DNA of 32,000 bases from Kineococcus radiotolerans SRS30216 = ATCC BAA-149 (GTDB lineage: Bacteria; Actinomycetota; Actinomycetes; Actinomycetales; Kineococcaceae): contig NC_009664.2 of NCBI RefSeq assembly GCF_000017305.1, positions 3,150,001-3,182,000 of the forward strand, in the 5' to 3' direction. A program made the position numbers and the translations under genes. The first letter of the stretch is position 1, and every line of letters begins with the position of its first letter. The notes under the pieces are model-generated. The model did no database searches. It was not told the DNA's origin and saw nothing but the letters and a program-made list of their open reading frames with translations. Of this stretch, positions 1-8,824 are shown one piece after another.

Positions 1-81
1 CCCAAGCGGTTCCCGGTCTGCCCGACCTGCAAGGAGATCTACGAGACGCTGTCCGGCAAGGGCGGGGACGACAAGGACTGA
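1..81 (+). CDS. C-terminal fragment of a DUF3039-like protein (5' end outside window)
   Basis: Frame 1 from the window edge reads PKRFPVCPTCKEIYETLSGKGGDDKD, with stop TGA at 79-81. The CPxC tail resembles actinobacterial DUF3039 proteins, which usually sit next to this helicase. Confidence 0.5.
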   Translation, partial: PKRFPVCPTCKEIYETLSGKGGDDKD

Positions 82-82
82 C

Positions 83-107
83 GGGTCCCGCCCGCCGGGC
101 GGGGCCC
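83..107 (+). terminator. GC-rich hairpin after the DUF3039 gene (no U tract)
   Basis: CCCGCCC (87-93) pairs with GGGCGGG (97-103) around a 3-nt loop. The stem can extend to 83/107 with one G-U pair. It starts 2 nt after the stop codon. Confidence 0.35.
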
Positions 108-149
108 CGGCGCGTCGCCGCGCCGGAGCACCCCCGGGCCTCGTCTACG

Positions 150-1946
150 GTGGACGGACCGATGAGCACCACCGAACGCGAACCCCAGCCGGCCCCGGCC
201 GCCACCCCTGGTGTCCCCGCCGCCCGCCCGCTGCGGGCGTGGCAGGACGCGGCCCTGGAGCGATACTTCGACCCCGAGCGGGACGAGCCAGCCGACTTCC
301 TCGTCACCGCGACGCCGGGCGCGGGCAAGACGACCTTCGCCCTCGCCCTGGCCCGGCGGCTGCTGGACACCCGCCGGGTGGACCGGGTCGTCGTCGTCGC
401 CCCCACCGACCACCTGCGCACCCAGTGGGCCGAGGCCGCCCACCGCGCCGGGATCGAGCTGGACCCGACGATGACCAACGCCGTCGGCCCGGTCCGCGCC
501 GACGTCAAGGGCTACGTCACCACCTACGCCCAGGTCGCCGGGCACCCGATGCTGCACCGGGCCCGGGCCACCGCGAAGCGCTCCCTGGTGGTCATGGACG
601 AGATCCACCACGCCGGGGACGGCCTGTCCTGGGGCGACGCGGTCTTCGAGGCCTTCGCCGACGCCCGCCGCCGGCTGTCGCTGACCGGGACCCCGTTCCG
701 CACCAAGGCCGACGAGCGCATCCCGTTCGTCCAGTACGTCGACGACGACTCCCCGGAGTCCGAGGGCGGTCTGCGCAGCGCCGCGGACTTCACCTACGGC
801 TACAAGGAGGCGCTGGCCGACGGCGTGGTCCGCCCGGTGGTGTTCGCCGCCTACACCGGCGTCTCGCGGTGGCGGAACTCCGCCGGCGAGGTCGTCGCGG
901 CGTCCCTGACCGACGCCACCACGAAGGCGGTGGAGTCGCTGGCCTGGAAGACCGCGCTGGACCCGCGCGGGGACTGGGTGCCGCACGTCATCGCTGCCAT
1001 GGACGAGCGCCTGGACCACCTGCGCGAGCACGGCATGCACGACGCCGCCGGGCTGGTGCTGGCCTCGGACCAGGAGGACGCGCGCGCCTACGCCAAGATC
1101 GTGCAGCGGGTCACGGGGGAGAAGCCCGCGCTGATCCTGTCCGACGACCCCAAGGCCTCGCAGCGGATCTCCGACTTCGCCGCCGGGGACCAGCGGTTCG
1201 CGGTCTGCGTCCGGATGATCTCCGAGGGCGTCGACGTGCCGCGGGCGGCGTGCCTGGCCTGGATGACGTCCTACCGGACCCCGCTGTTCTTCGCCCAGGC
1301 CGTCGGCCGCGTCGTGCGCTCGCGCGTCCCGGGGGAGTCCGCGACGGTCTTCCTGCCCGCGGTCCGGCCGCTGCTGACCCTCGCCGCGGAGATGGAGACC
1401 GACCGCAACCACGTCATCCCCCCGCCGCCGTCGGTGTCCTCCGACGAGGTCGACGAGGGCGGTCTGGACCTGCTGCCCCCGCCCGAGCGCGAACCGGGCG
1501 GTCCCAAGGAGTACGAGGCGCTGGAGGCGCAGGCGGAGTTCGCCCACGTCCTGCACGGCGGCAAGGCCCTCACCGGGGGGGCCCTGCCGCAGGTCAGCGT
1601 CGACGAGCAGGACTACCTCGGCCTGCCCGGGCTGCTCTCCCCCGAGCAGACCGCGGCCCTGCTCTCGCAGCGCGACGCGGAGATCCGCAGGCGCACCGCG
1701 ACCCCGCGCGCGGTGGAGGACGTGGTCGAGGTCGCCGAACCCGAGCAGGAGGACGCCACCTGGCACACCGCCGCGCTGCTGCGCAAGGAGATCCACGGCC
1801 TCGTGGGGCGCGTCGCCGCGGGCCGGGCGATGCCCCACGCCAGCGTCTACTCCAAGCTGCGCGCCGCCGTCCCCGGCCCGCCCTCGGCCTCGGCGCCGGT
1901 GGACGTGCTGCGCCGTCGGCGCGATCACCTGCTGTCCATGGTCTAG
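150..1946 (+). CDS. Superfamily-2 DEAD/DEAH-box helicase (type III restriction Res-subunit-like core)
   Basis: 598-aa ORF starting at GTG 150 (alternative ATG 162). Helicase motifs are readable: Walker A TPGAGKT, motif II VMDEIHH, motif III LTGTP, motif VI QAVGRVVR. GC3 is high in this frame. Confidence 0.85.
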   Translation: MDGPMSTTEREPQPAPAATPGVPAARPLRAWQDAALERYFDPERDEPADFLVTATPGAGKTTFALALARRLLDTRRVDRVVVVAPTDHLRTQWAEAAHRAGIELDPTMTNAVGPVRADVKGYVTTYAQVAGHPMLHRARATAKRSLVVMDEIHHAGDGLSWGDAVFEAFADARRRLSLTGTPFRTKADERIPFVQYVDDDSPESEGGLRSAADFTYGYKEALADGVVRPVVFAAYTGVSRWRNSAGEVVAASLTDATTKAVESLAWKTALDPRGDWVPHVIAAMDERLDHLREHGMHDAAGLVLASDQEDARAYAKIVQRVTGEKPALILSDDPKASQRISDFAAGDQRFAVCVRMISEGVDVPRAACLAWMTSYRTPLFFAQAVGRVVRSRVPGESATVFLPAVRPLLTLAAEMETDRNHVIPPPPSVSSDEVDEGGLDLLPPPEREPGGPKEYEALEAQAEFAHVLHGGKALTGGALPQVSVDEQDYLGLPGLLSPEQTAALLSQRDAEIRRRTATPRAVEDVVEVAEPEQEDATWHTAALLRKEIHGLVGRVAAGRAMPHASVYSKLRAAVPGPPSASAPVDVLRRRRDHLLSMV

Positions 1947-1949
1947 GTT
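1944..1949 (+). promoter_or_regulatory. Candidate -10 box TAGGTT, 6 nt upstream of the SRPBCC GTG (possible leaderless start)
   Basis: TANNNT hexamer, then 6 nt (gctgag), then GTG 1956. It overlaps the helicase TAG stop, so this may be coincidence. Confidence 0.25.
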
Positions 1950-1955
1950 GCTGAG

Positions 1956-2411
1956 GTGCCCGAGATCGTCCAGCGGACCATGGTCCGCGCACCCCTCGCC
2001 GAGGTGTTCGACGTGTCCCTCGACCTCGACGTCGAGCGCGTCGCGGGGAAGCGGTTCAAGGTGCGGGCCGTCGAGGGCGCCGGGCGCACCAGCGGGCGGA
2101 TCGGGCTGCACGAGGAGGTGCGGTGGCGGTTGCGCCTGTGGGGTTTCCCGGTGACGCACACCTCCCGCATCGTGGAGCTGGACCGGCCCCACCGCTTCGT
2201 CGACGAGATGTCCTCCGGGGCGTTCGCGCGGTTCCGGCACGAGCACTCCTACGAGCCCGAGGGCCCGCAGATGACGATCATGACCGACCGGATGGCGTGG
2301 CGTTCGCCCTGGGGGCTGCTGGGCCGCGTCGCCGACGTGCTGTTCGTGCGCCGCACCCTGCACCAGCTGCTGGCCGACCGGAACTCCGAGATCGTCCGCC
2401 GCTTCAGCTGA
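1956..2411 (+). CDS. SRPBCC (START/cyclase-dehydrase fold) family protein
   Basis: 151-aa ORF. The N-terminus VQRTMVRAPLAEVFDVSLDLD and the overall pattern are typical of SRPBCC ligand-binding proteins. Confidence 0.75.
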   Translation: MPEIVQRTMVRAPLAEVFDVSLDLDVERVAGKRFKVRAVEGAGRTSGRIGLHEEVRWRLRLWGFPVTHTSRIVELDRPHRFVDEMSSGAFARFRHEHSYEPEGPQMTIMTDRMAWRSPWGLLGRVADVLFVRRTLHQLLADRNSEIVRRFS

Positions 2412-2446
2412 GGAACCGCGCGCGACCCCCACCCGTTGGACGGGAC

Positions 2447-2905
2447 ATGGGATTCCTCGACTCGCTGAAGAACAAGGGTGCGCTCGCGGGCGACCAGCTC
2501 AAGACCAGGGTCGGTCAGTTCAAGACCAAGGACTTCGCCGAGGCCAGCATGGCGACGTGCGCCCTCATCGCCGCGGCCGACGGCAGCATCGACCCCGAGG
2601 AGCGCCAGAAGACCGCGGCGTTCATCGCCAGCAACGACGTGCTGTCGGTGTTCAACGCGGGGCAGCTGCGGGAGTCCTTCGACAAGTGGTGCACCAAGCT
2701 GACCTCCGACTACGACTTCGGCAAGATCGAGGCGCTGCAGGCGGTCGGGAAGCTGCGCAGCAAGCCCGAGCAGGCCCGCGCGGTCGTGCAGGTGGGCATC
2801 GTCATCGGCGGCGCCGACGGCGACTTCGACCCCAACGAGAAGCGCGCCGTGCGCGAGGTCTGCCAGTCCGCGGGCATCGACCCCTCCGAGTTCGGCGTCG
2901 CCTGA
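2447..2905 (+). CDS. terB: Tellurite-resistance TerB family protein
   Basis: Internal ATG 2447 of the ORF 2123-2905. The 152-aa product MGFLDSLKNKG...ADGSIDPEERQK...ADGDFDPNEKRAVREVCQSAGIDPSEFGV lines up along its length with classical TerB, including the two ADG..D..E repeats. Confidence 0.85.
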   Translation: MGFLDSLKNKGALAGDQLKTRVGQFKTKDFAEASMATCALIAAADGSIDPEERQKTAAFIASNDVLSVFNAGQLRESFDKWCTKLTSDYDFGKIEALQAVGKLRSKPEQARAVVQVGIVIGGADGDFDPNEKRAVREVCQSAGIDPSEFGVA

Positions 2906-2925
2906 ACCTGGCACCCTTGTCGACC

Positions 2926-3702
2926 ATGAGCACGCCCGCCGGGTGGTACCCGGACCCCTCCGCCCCCAGCGCGACGCACGACCCCGCGGGGGTGCAGCTG
3001 CGCTGGTGGGACGGGGGGCGGTGGACCGAGCACGTCCACCGGAACACCCCCGGCCCCTCGCTGACGAAGGCGCCGCACCCCGGTTCCCGCCCCGCGGTGC
3101 CGCACGACCCCTACGCCGCGCAGCACGACCCCTACGGGGCGCCGCGGCCCGCGTACCCGCCGTCGCAGTACCCCCTGCCCGGGGTGAAGGCCATCGCCAC
3201 CCCCGACGGGCAGGCCCTGGGCGGGCTCGGGGCGCGCCTGCTGGCCCGGATCGTCGACCTCCTGCTCACGACGCTCATCGCCGTCGCCGCGGGCTGGTCC
3301 TCGCTGCGGACGATGAGCACCCTCTACGCGGAGGCGCTGGAGGGGGTCAGCCGCACCGGGGACACCTCCGCGGTCTTCGCCCTCCTGGAGAACGCCGGCT
3401 TCGCCGCGGCGTCGCAGACGTGGACGCTGGTGCTGCTCGCCGTCAGCGCTGCCTACACGATCCTCACCGTCCGCTTCGCCGGGGCCACGCCGGGCAAGCT
3501 GCTGCTGCGCCTGCGGGTGCGCGACTGGGAACGGCCCGGGCTGCCGAGCTGGGGTCAGGCGATCGTGCGGTGGCTGGGCAGCGACCTGCTCGGGCAGCTG
3601 CTGATCCTCTGGTACCTCCTGGACTTCCTCTGGCCGTGCTGGGACCAGCGCCGCCAGGCCCTGCACGACAAGATGGGCCGCACCGTCGTCGTGAAGCGCT
3701 AA
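2926..3702 (+). CDS. DUF2510 + RDD domain membrane protein
   Basis: Internal ATG 2926. The N-terminus GWYPDPS...LRWWDGGRWTEHV is the DUF2510 motif. A Pro-rich linker with a repeated HDPY follows, and then an RDD-type membrane domain (GARLLARIVDLLL...RQALHDKMGRTVVV). Confidence 0.8.
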   Translation: MSTPAGWYPDPSAPSATHDPAGVQLRWWDGGRWTEHVHRNTPGPSLTKAPHPGSRPAVPHDPYAAQHDPYGAPRPAYPPSQYPLPGVKAIATPDGQALGGLGARLLARIVDLLLTTLIAVAAGWSSLRTMSTLYAEALEGVSRTGDTSAVFALLENAGFAAASQTWTLVLLAVSAAYTILTVRFAGATPGKLLLRLRVRDWERPGLPSWGQAIVRWLGSDLLGQLLILWYLLDFLWPCWDQRRQALHDKMGRTVVVKR

Positions 3703-4328
3703 CCCGCCACGACCGGCTCCCCGACGAGGGCGACGCCCGCGCGGCGCAGCTGCGCCAGCGCGGGCTCCACCGTGGCCGCCGAGATCCCGGCCGTCAGCCC
3801 CAGCAGCACCGTCGTGCGGAAGCCCGCCGCCACCGCGTCCAGCGCCGTCGCCCGCACGCAGTGGTCGGTGGCGATCCCCACGACGTGGACCTCCTCGACG
3901 TCGTGGGCCCGCAACCAGTCCGCGAGGCCGGTGTCGAGCTCCCCGCCCTGCTCGTCGACGCGGCTGGTGGTGCCCTCGAAGCCGGAGTAGGCGGCGGCGT
4001 ACTGGCCCTTGCGGAACACCGCCTCGATCCGGCGGGTCTCCAGCGCGTCGTGCAGCAGCGCCCCGTAGCTGCCGGCGCGGCAGTGCGGGGGCCAGCTGTC
4101 GACGAAGTCGGGCTCGTCGGAGAAGTGCGGGCCGGGGTCGATGTGGAAGTCCTGGGTCGCGACCACGTGGTCGTAGCCGATGCCGCGCTCGAAGGGCCCG
4201 GTGGGGGAGGCGCCCCGGGCGATGAGCTGCGTGATGCCGGCGGCGACCTCGTCGCCGCCGGCCACGGCCAGCGACCCGCCGGGGCAGAAGTCGTTCTGCA
4301 CGTCCACCACGACCAGGGCGCGGGTCAC
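3699..4328 (-). CDS. pncA: Nicotinamidase/pyrazinamidase (isochorismatase family)
   Basis: GTG at 4328, 209 aa. ALVVVDVQNDFCPGGSLAV, WPPHC and ATDHCV match the PncA catalytic Asp/Lys/Cys context. The start overlaps the pncB stop as GTGA (4325-4328). Confidence 0.85.
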   Translation of the reverse strand: MTRALVVVDVQNDFCPGGSLAVAGGDEVAAGITQLIARGASPTGPFERGIGYDHVVATQDFHIDPGPHFSDEPDFVDSWPPHCRAGSYGALLHDALETRRIEAVFRKGQYAAAYSGFEGTTSRVDEQGGELDTGLADWLRAHDVEEVHVVGIATDHCVRATALDAVAAGFRTTVLLGLTAGISAATVEPALAQLRRAGVALVGEPVVAG

Positions 4329-5617
4329 CGCCGCACCGCCCGGTCGGCGTCGAGCACGGTCGTGGGGATGGCCGGGTCGCCCTTGGAGAGGGCCAGGCCG
4401 TCCCAGGGCAGCGTCACCAGCGCGCGCCGCAGGTGCTCGCGCGAGGCCTCCAGGTCCGGCAGGCCTGCGACGCGCTCGCCGTCGCGCACGAAGGGGACCT
4501 GCAGCGGCCGGTCGTTCGGCTCGCGCGGCGGGGTGAACCCGACCCCCAGGACCTCGTCGGTGGCCGTCCCGGTGGGCCGGTGCCGGCGGACGGCGGTCTT
4601 CCGCCCGCCCTGGGTGACCTTCGACGTCGAGCGCTTCGCGACCGGGCGGCCCTCGACCTCGACGAGCTTGTAGACCAGGCCCGCGGTGGGGGCCCCGGAC
4701 CCGGTGACCAGCGAGGTCCCCACGCCGTAGCCGTCGACGGGGGCCGCGGCCAGCGCGGCGAGGGCGTACTCGTCGAGGTCCCCGGAGACGACGATGCGCG
4801 TGGAGGTCGCGCCCAGGGAGTCCAGCTGCTCGCGGGCCTGGACGGCGAGGACCGACAGGTCCCCGGAGTCGATGCGCACCGCGCCCAGCTGCGGGCCGGC
4901 GACCTCGATGGCCGTCGCGATCCCGGCGGTGATGTCGTAGGTGTCCACCAGCAGCGTCGTGCCGACCCCCAGCGCCGCGACCTGCGCGGCGAAGGCCTCC
5001 GCCTCGGTGTCGTGCAGCAGGGTGAACGCGTGCGCGGAGGTCCCCGAGGTCGGGATCCCGTAGGTGGCGCCCGCCTGCAGGTTCGACGTGGAGGTGAACC
5101 CGGCCAGGTAGGCCGCGCGCGAGGCGGCCACCGCGGCCCGCTCGTGGGTGCGCCGCGAGCCCATCTCGATGATCGGGCGGTCCCCGGCCGAGCGGGCCAT
5201 CCGGGCCGCGGCCGCGGCGATGGCGCAGTCGTGGTTGAGGATCGAGAGCACCACCGTCTCCAGCACCACGGCCTCGGCGAAGGTGCCGGTCACGGTGAGG
5301 ATGGGGGAGCCGGGGAACCACAGCTCGCCCTCGGCGTAGCCCTCGATCGAGCCGCGGAAGCGGTAGCCGGCCAGCCACTCCAGCGTCGGCTCGTCCAGCA
5401 CCCCGCGCAGCCCCGCCAGCACGTCGGGGTCGAACGTGAAGTCCCGCACGGCGTCCAGCACGCGCTCGGTGCCGGCCACCACCCCGTAGCGGCGCCCCTC
5501 GGGCAGCCGGCGGCCGAACACCTCGAACGTGCAGGCCCGCTCGCCCGTCCCGTCCGAGAGCGCGGCCTGCAGCATCGTGAGCTCGTAGTGGTCGGTCAGC
5601 AGAGCTGTACTCACCAT
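4325..5617 (-). CDS. pncB: Nicotinate phosphoribosyltransferase
   Basis: 430-aa ORF. The N-terminus LLTDHYELTMLQAAL and the length are typical of actinobacterial PncB. It is followed directly by pncA. Confidence 0.9.
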   Translation of the reverse strand: MVSTALLTDHYELTMLQAALSDGTGERACTFEVFGRRLPEGRRYGVVAGTERVLDAVRDFTFDPDVLAGLRGVLDEPTLEWLAGYRFRGSIEGYAEGELWFPGSPILTVTGTFAEAVVLETVVLSILNHDCAIAAAAARMARSAGDRPIIEMGSRRTHERAAVAASRAAYLAGFTSTSNLQAGATYGIPTSGTSAHAFTLLHDTEAEAFAAQVAALGVGTTLLVDTYDITAGIATAIEVAGPQLGAVRIDSGDLSVLAVQAREQLDSLGATSTRIVVSGDLDEYALAALAAAPVDGYGVGTSLVTGSGAPTAGLVYKLVEVEGRPVAKRSTSKVTQGGRKTAVRRHRPTGTATDEVLGVGFTPPREPNDRPLQVPFVRDGERVAGLPDLEASREHLRRALVTLPWDGLALSKGDPAIPTTVLDADRAVRR

Positions 5618-5623
5618 GCCGGG

Positions 5624-5629
5624 AATCTA
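5624..5629 (-). promoter_or_regulatory. Candidate -10 box TAGATT for leaderless pncB
   Basis: The minus strand reads TAGATT-cccggc-ATG, a TANNNT hexamer exactly 6 nt upstream of the pncB ATG (5617). There is no Shine-Dalgarno sequence. Confidence 0.4.
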
Positions 5630-5646
5630 GCGACCGCGCGGCTGCC

Positions 5647-5652
5647 TAGACT
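5647..5652 (+). promoter_or_regulatory. Candidate -10 box TAGACT for leaderless clpS
   Basis: TAGACT-gctcgg-GTG, a TANNNT hexamer exactly 6 nt upstream of the clpS GTG (5659). There is no Shine-Dalgarno sequence. Confidence 0.4.
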
Positions 5653-5658
5653 GCTCGG

Positions 5659-5958
5659 GTGCCCGTCGTCCTGACCGCTCCCACCGAGCTCGAGCGTCCG
5701 GAGACCGACCTCACCACCGTCCCGGACACGCCCTGGGTCACCCTCGTCTGGAACGACCCGGTGAACCTCATGTCCTACGTGGCCTACGTCTTCCGCACCC
5801 ACTTCGGCTACTCCCAGGCCAAGGCGGACGCGCTGATGCTCGACGTGCACCAGAAGGGGCGCGCCGCGGTGAGCGCGGGCAGCCGCGAGGCCATGGAGCG
5901 CGACGTCGAGGCCATGCACGGCTACGGGCTGTGGGCCACCCTGCAGAAGGACGAGTGA
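5659..5958 (+). CDS. clpS: ATP-dependent Clp protease adaptor ClpS
   Basis: 99 aa. [27 protein letters not shown]...[12 protein letters not shown] is the ClpS core signature. Confidence 0.9.
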   Translation: MPVVLTAPTELERPETDLTTVPDTPWVTLVWNDPVNLMSYVAYVFRTHFGYSQAKADALMLDVHQKGRAAVSAGSREAMERDVEAMHGYGLWATLQKDE

Positions 5959-6563
5959 GGCGCCGCGTGGCGACGTTCCGCCGGACCCGCAACGGCCACT
6001 TCTCCCTCACCCTGCACGCCGCCGAGGCCGACCTGCTGGCCTCGCTGGCGCGCGAGGTCCTGGAGCTCCTCGAGGTCCCCGCCGCCGCGCCGCCGCGGCC
6101 GGTGGACCCGCTGCAGGCCGAGCTCGGGCTCAGCGACCTCCCCGGCTTCGACACCCCCCTCGACGACCTCGCCGGCGACGGGCCGGTGGCCCCGCCCGAG
6201 GACGAGGTCCTGCGGCGGCTGCTGCCCGACGCCTACGGCGACGACCCCGACGCCTCGGCCGACTTCCGCCGCTTCACCGAGCGCGGCCTGCGCGAGCGCA
6301 AGGCGGCCGCGGCCAGCGGCCTGCTCGCCGGCCTCGCCCCCGTCGAGGGCCAGGGCGGACGGGTCCAGCTCGACGCCGACGGCGCCCGCACCTGGCTGGC
6401 CGCGCTCAACGACATCCGCCTCGCCCTGGGCACCCGCCTGGGGGTCAGCGAGGACGCCGACCCCGACGCCGACCTCGCCGAGGACGACCCCGCGCGCTGG
6501 GCGTGGGCGGTCTACGACTTCACCACCCACCTGCAGGAGACCCTCGTGAGGTCGCTGTCGTGA
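5955..6563 (+). CDS. DUF2017-like protein (conserved clpS neighbour)
   Basis: GTG 5955 overlaps the clpS TGA as GTGA. The product is acidic and 202 aa. The position downstream of clpS matches the usual actinobacterial DUF2017 gene. The start could also be a later codon. Confidence 0.6.
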   Translation: MRRRVATFRRTRNGHFSLTLHAAEADLLASLAREVLELLEVPAAAPPRPVDPLQAELGLSDLPGFDTPLDDLAGDGPVAPPEDEVLRRLLPDAYGDDPDASADFRRFTERGLRERKAAAASGLLAGLAPVEGQGGRVQLDADGARTWLAALNDIRLALGTRLGVSEDADPDADLAEDDPARWAWAVYDFTTHLQETLVRSLS

Positions 6564-7408
6564 GCCCGGCCCGACCCGACGCCGACCTGCCCATCGGCAT
6601 CTTCGACTCCGGGGTGGGCGGGCTCACCGTCGCCCGCGCCGTGCTGGACCAGCTGCCCCACGAGGCGGTCCACTACGTCGGCGACACCGCGCACGCCCCC
6701 TACGGGCCCAAGCCGATCGCCGAGGTGCGCCGCCTGGCCCTCGACGTCCTGGACCGGCTCGTGGAGTCGGGGGTGAAGATGCTGGTCATCGCCTGCAACT
6801 CCGCCTCGGCGGCGATGCTGCGCGACGCCCGCGAGCGCTACGACGTGCCCGTGGTGGAGGTCATCCAGCCCGCCGTCCGCCGGGCGGTGCGCGCCACCCG
6901 CAACGGGCGGGTCGGGGTCATCGGGACCCGCGCGACGATCTCCTCCCGCGCCTACGAGGACGCCTTCGCCGCCGCTCCGCACCTGGCCCTCACCACCGCC
7001 GCCTGCCCGGCGTTCGTGGAGTTCGTCGAGCGCGGGGTCACCAGCGGCCCGGAGCTGCTGACCGCCGCCCGCGGCTACCTCGCCCCCGCGATCGCCGCCG
7101 ACGTCGACACCCTCGTCCTGGGCTGCACGCACTACCCGCTGCTCATGGCCGTGCTGCGCAGCGTCGTCGGGGACGACGTGACCCTCGTCTCCAGCGCCGA
7201 GGAGACCGCCTTCGACGTCTACCGCGAGCTCGCCGCCCGCGAGCTGCTGCGCCCCGACGACCGCCCCGAGCCGCGGCACCGGTTCACCTCCACCGGCGAC
7301 TCGGCCGCGTTCCGCCACCTGGCCCGGCGCTTCCTGGGCCCGCAGCTGGGCCCGCAGCTCGTCGACGTCGACGAGACGGGACCGCTGTACCTGGGCGCCC
7401 TAGGGTGA
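6560..7408 (+). CDS. murI: Glutamate racemase
   Basis: GTG 6560 overlaps the upstream TGA as [25 protein letters not shown] and LGCTHYPLL are the MurI catalytic-cysteine motifs. Confidence 0.9.
   Translation: MSPARPDADLPIGIFDSGVGGLTVARAVLDQLPHEAVHYVGDTAHAPYGPKPIAEVRRLALDVLDRLVESGVKMLVIACNSASAAMLRDARERYDVPVVEVIQPAVRRAVRATRNGRVGVIGTRATISSRAYEDAFAAAPHLALTTAACPAFVEFVERGVTSGPELLTAARGYLAPAIAADVDTLVLGCTHYPLLMAVLRSVVGDDVTLVSSAEETAFDVYRELAARELLRPDDRPEPRHRFTSTGDSAAFRHLARRFLGPQLGPQLVDVDETGPLYLGALG
7401..7406 (+). promoter_or_regulatory. Candidate -10 box TAGGGT, 6 nt upstream of the rph GTG
   Basis: TAGGGT-gagggc-GTG (7413). It lies in the last codons of murI and could be coincidental. Readthrough from murI is an alternative. 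Confidence 0.25.
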
Positions 7409-7412
7409 GGGC

Positions 7413-8159
7413 GTGACCACCCCGACCCCCGCCCCCGCCCGCGCCGACGGCCGCGCCGTCGACGAGCTGCGCCCGGTGACCATCACCCGGAACTGGCTCG
7501 ACCACGCCGAGGGCAGCGTCCTCGTGGAGTTCGGCCGCACCCGCGTCCTGTGCGCCGCGTCCTTCACCGAGGGCGTCCCGCGCTGGCGCAAGGGCTCCGG
7601 GCAGGGCTGGGTGACCGCCGAGTACGCCATGCTGCCGCGCGCCACGAACACCCGCGGCGACCGCGAGTCGGTCAAGGGGAAGATCGGCGGGCGCACCCAC
7701 GAGATCTCCCGCCTCATCGGCCGCAGCCTGCGCGCCGTCGTCGACACCAAGCAGCTGGGCGAGAACACGATCGTCCTGGACTGCGACGTCCTGCAGGCCG
7801 ACGGCGGCACCCGCACCGCGGCGGTCACCGGGGCCTACGTGGCGCTCGCGGACGCGATCTCCTGGGCGCGCGGCCAGGGCATCGTCAAGGCCTCGCGCCA
7901 GCCGCTGACCGGCTCGGTCTCCGCGATCAGCGTGGGCGTCGTCGACGGCGTCCCCGTCCTGGACCTGCCTTACGTCGAGGACGTGCGCGCCGAGACCGAC
8001 ATGAACGTCGTCGTCACCGGCGACGGCCGGTTCGTGGAGGTCCAGGGCACCGCCGAGGGGACGCCCTTCGACCGCGCCGAGCTCGACGCGCTGCTCGACC
8101 TCGCCGTCGGCGGCTGCGCGCGCCTGGCCGCGCTCCAGGCGGAGGCGCTGGCCCGGTGA
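7413..8159 (+). CDS. rph: Ribonuclease PH
   Basis: 248 aa. [38 protein letters not shown] and [14 protein letters not shown] are canonical RNase PH motifs. Confidence 0.95.
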   Translation: MTTPTPAPARADGRAVDELRPVTITRNWLDHAEGSVLVEFGRTRVLCAASFTEGVPRWRKGSGQGWVTAEYAMLPRATNTRGDRESVKGKIGGRTHEISRLIGRSLRAVVDTKQLGENTIVLDCDVLQADGGTRTAAVTGAYVALADAISWARGQGIVKASRQPLTGSVSAISVGVVDGVPVLDLPYVEDVRAETDMNVVVTGDGRFVEVQGTAEGTPFDRAELDALLDLAVGGCARLAALQAEALAR

Positions 8160-8803
8160 GCGCGACGACGCCGCAGCGGGTCGTGCTGGCCACCCGCAAC
8201 GCCCACAAGGTGGGGGAGCTGCGGGCGGTGCTCGCCCCGCTGCTGCCCGACGTGGAGGTCCTCACGGTCGACGCGTTCGAGGGGGTCCCCGAGGTCGCCG
8301 AGACGGAGGTCACCTTCGCCGGCAACGCCCTGCTGAAGGCGCGCGCGGTCGCCGCGGCGACGGGCGTGCCCGCGATCGCGGACGACTCGGGGATCAGCGT
8401 GGACGTCCTCGGCGGGGCGCCGGGGATCTTCTCGGCCCGCTGGGCCGGCCGCCACGGCGACGACGCGGCGAACCTCGAGCTCCTGCTCGCCCAGATCGCC
8501 GACGTCCCCGCCGAGCACCGCGGCGGGGCGTTCGTGTGCGCGGCGGCCCTGGCCCTGCCGGGGGGGACCTCCGCGGTCCGCACCGGGGAGCTGCGCGGCA
8601 CGATCGCCACCGCCCCCGGCGGGAGCGGCGGGTTCGGCTACGACCCGGTCTTCGTGCCCGCCGGCGCCGGGCGGACCCTCGCCGAGCACAGCGCCGAGGA
8701 GAAGAACGCGATCAGCCACCGCGGGGCGGCGTTCCGCGCCCTGGCCCCGCTGGTCGTGCAGGCGCTGCGCGACGGGACGCTCGTCCCACCCATCCACGGC
8801 TGA
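8156..8803 (+). CDS. rdgB: RdgB/HAM1 non-canonical purine NTP pyrophosphatase
   Basis: GTG 8156 overlaps the rph TGA as [45 protein letters not shown] and KNAISHRG are the family motifs. Confidence 0.9.
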   Translation: MSATTPQRVVLATRNAHKVGELRAVLAPLLPDVEVLTVDAFEGVPEVAETEVTFAGNALLKARAVAAATGVPAIADDSGISVDVLGGAPGIFSARWAGRHGDDAANLELLLAQIADVPAEHRGGAFVCAAALALPGGTSAVRTGELRGTIATAPGGSGGFGYDPVFVPAGAGRTLAEHSAEEKNAISHRGAAFRALAPLVVQALRDGTLVPPIHG

Positions 8804-8816
8804 GCCGGCTCCGAAG
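8790..8816 (+). promoter_or_regulatory. Candidate SigK-type ECF promoter (CCATCC-N15-CCGAAG) for the Mo-oxidoreductase
   Basis: The -35-like CCATCC (8790-8795) and -10-like CCGAAG (8811-8816) are 15 nt apart, and the -10 ends 8 nt before GTG 8825. It has the same architecture as the site at 10501-10527. It matches the mycobacterial SigK consensus as I remember it (CCATCC / CCGAAT). Confidence 0.4.
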
Positions 8817-8824
8817 AAGAGGGT

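Noticed and set aside
39-2432. 797-aa ORF antisense to the helicase and SRPBCC genes
   Set aside because: It has no recognisable motifs and an Arg/Gly/Pro-rich low-complexity translation. The plus-strand frame carries complete helicase motifs. Long stop-free antisense frames are expected at this GC content.
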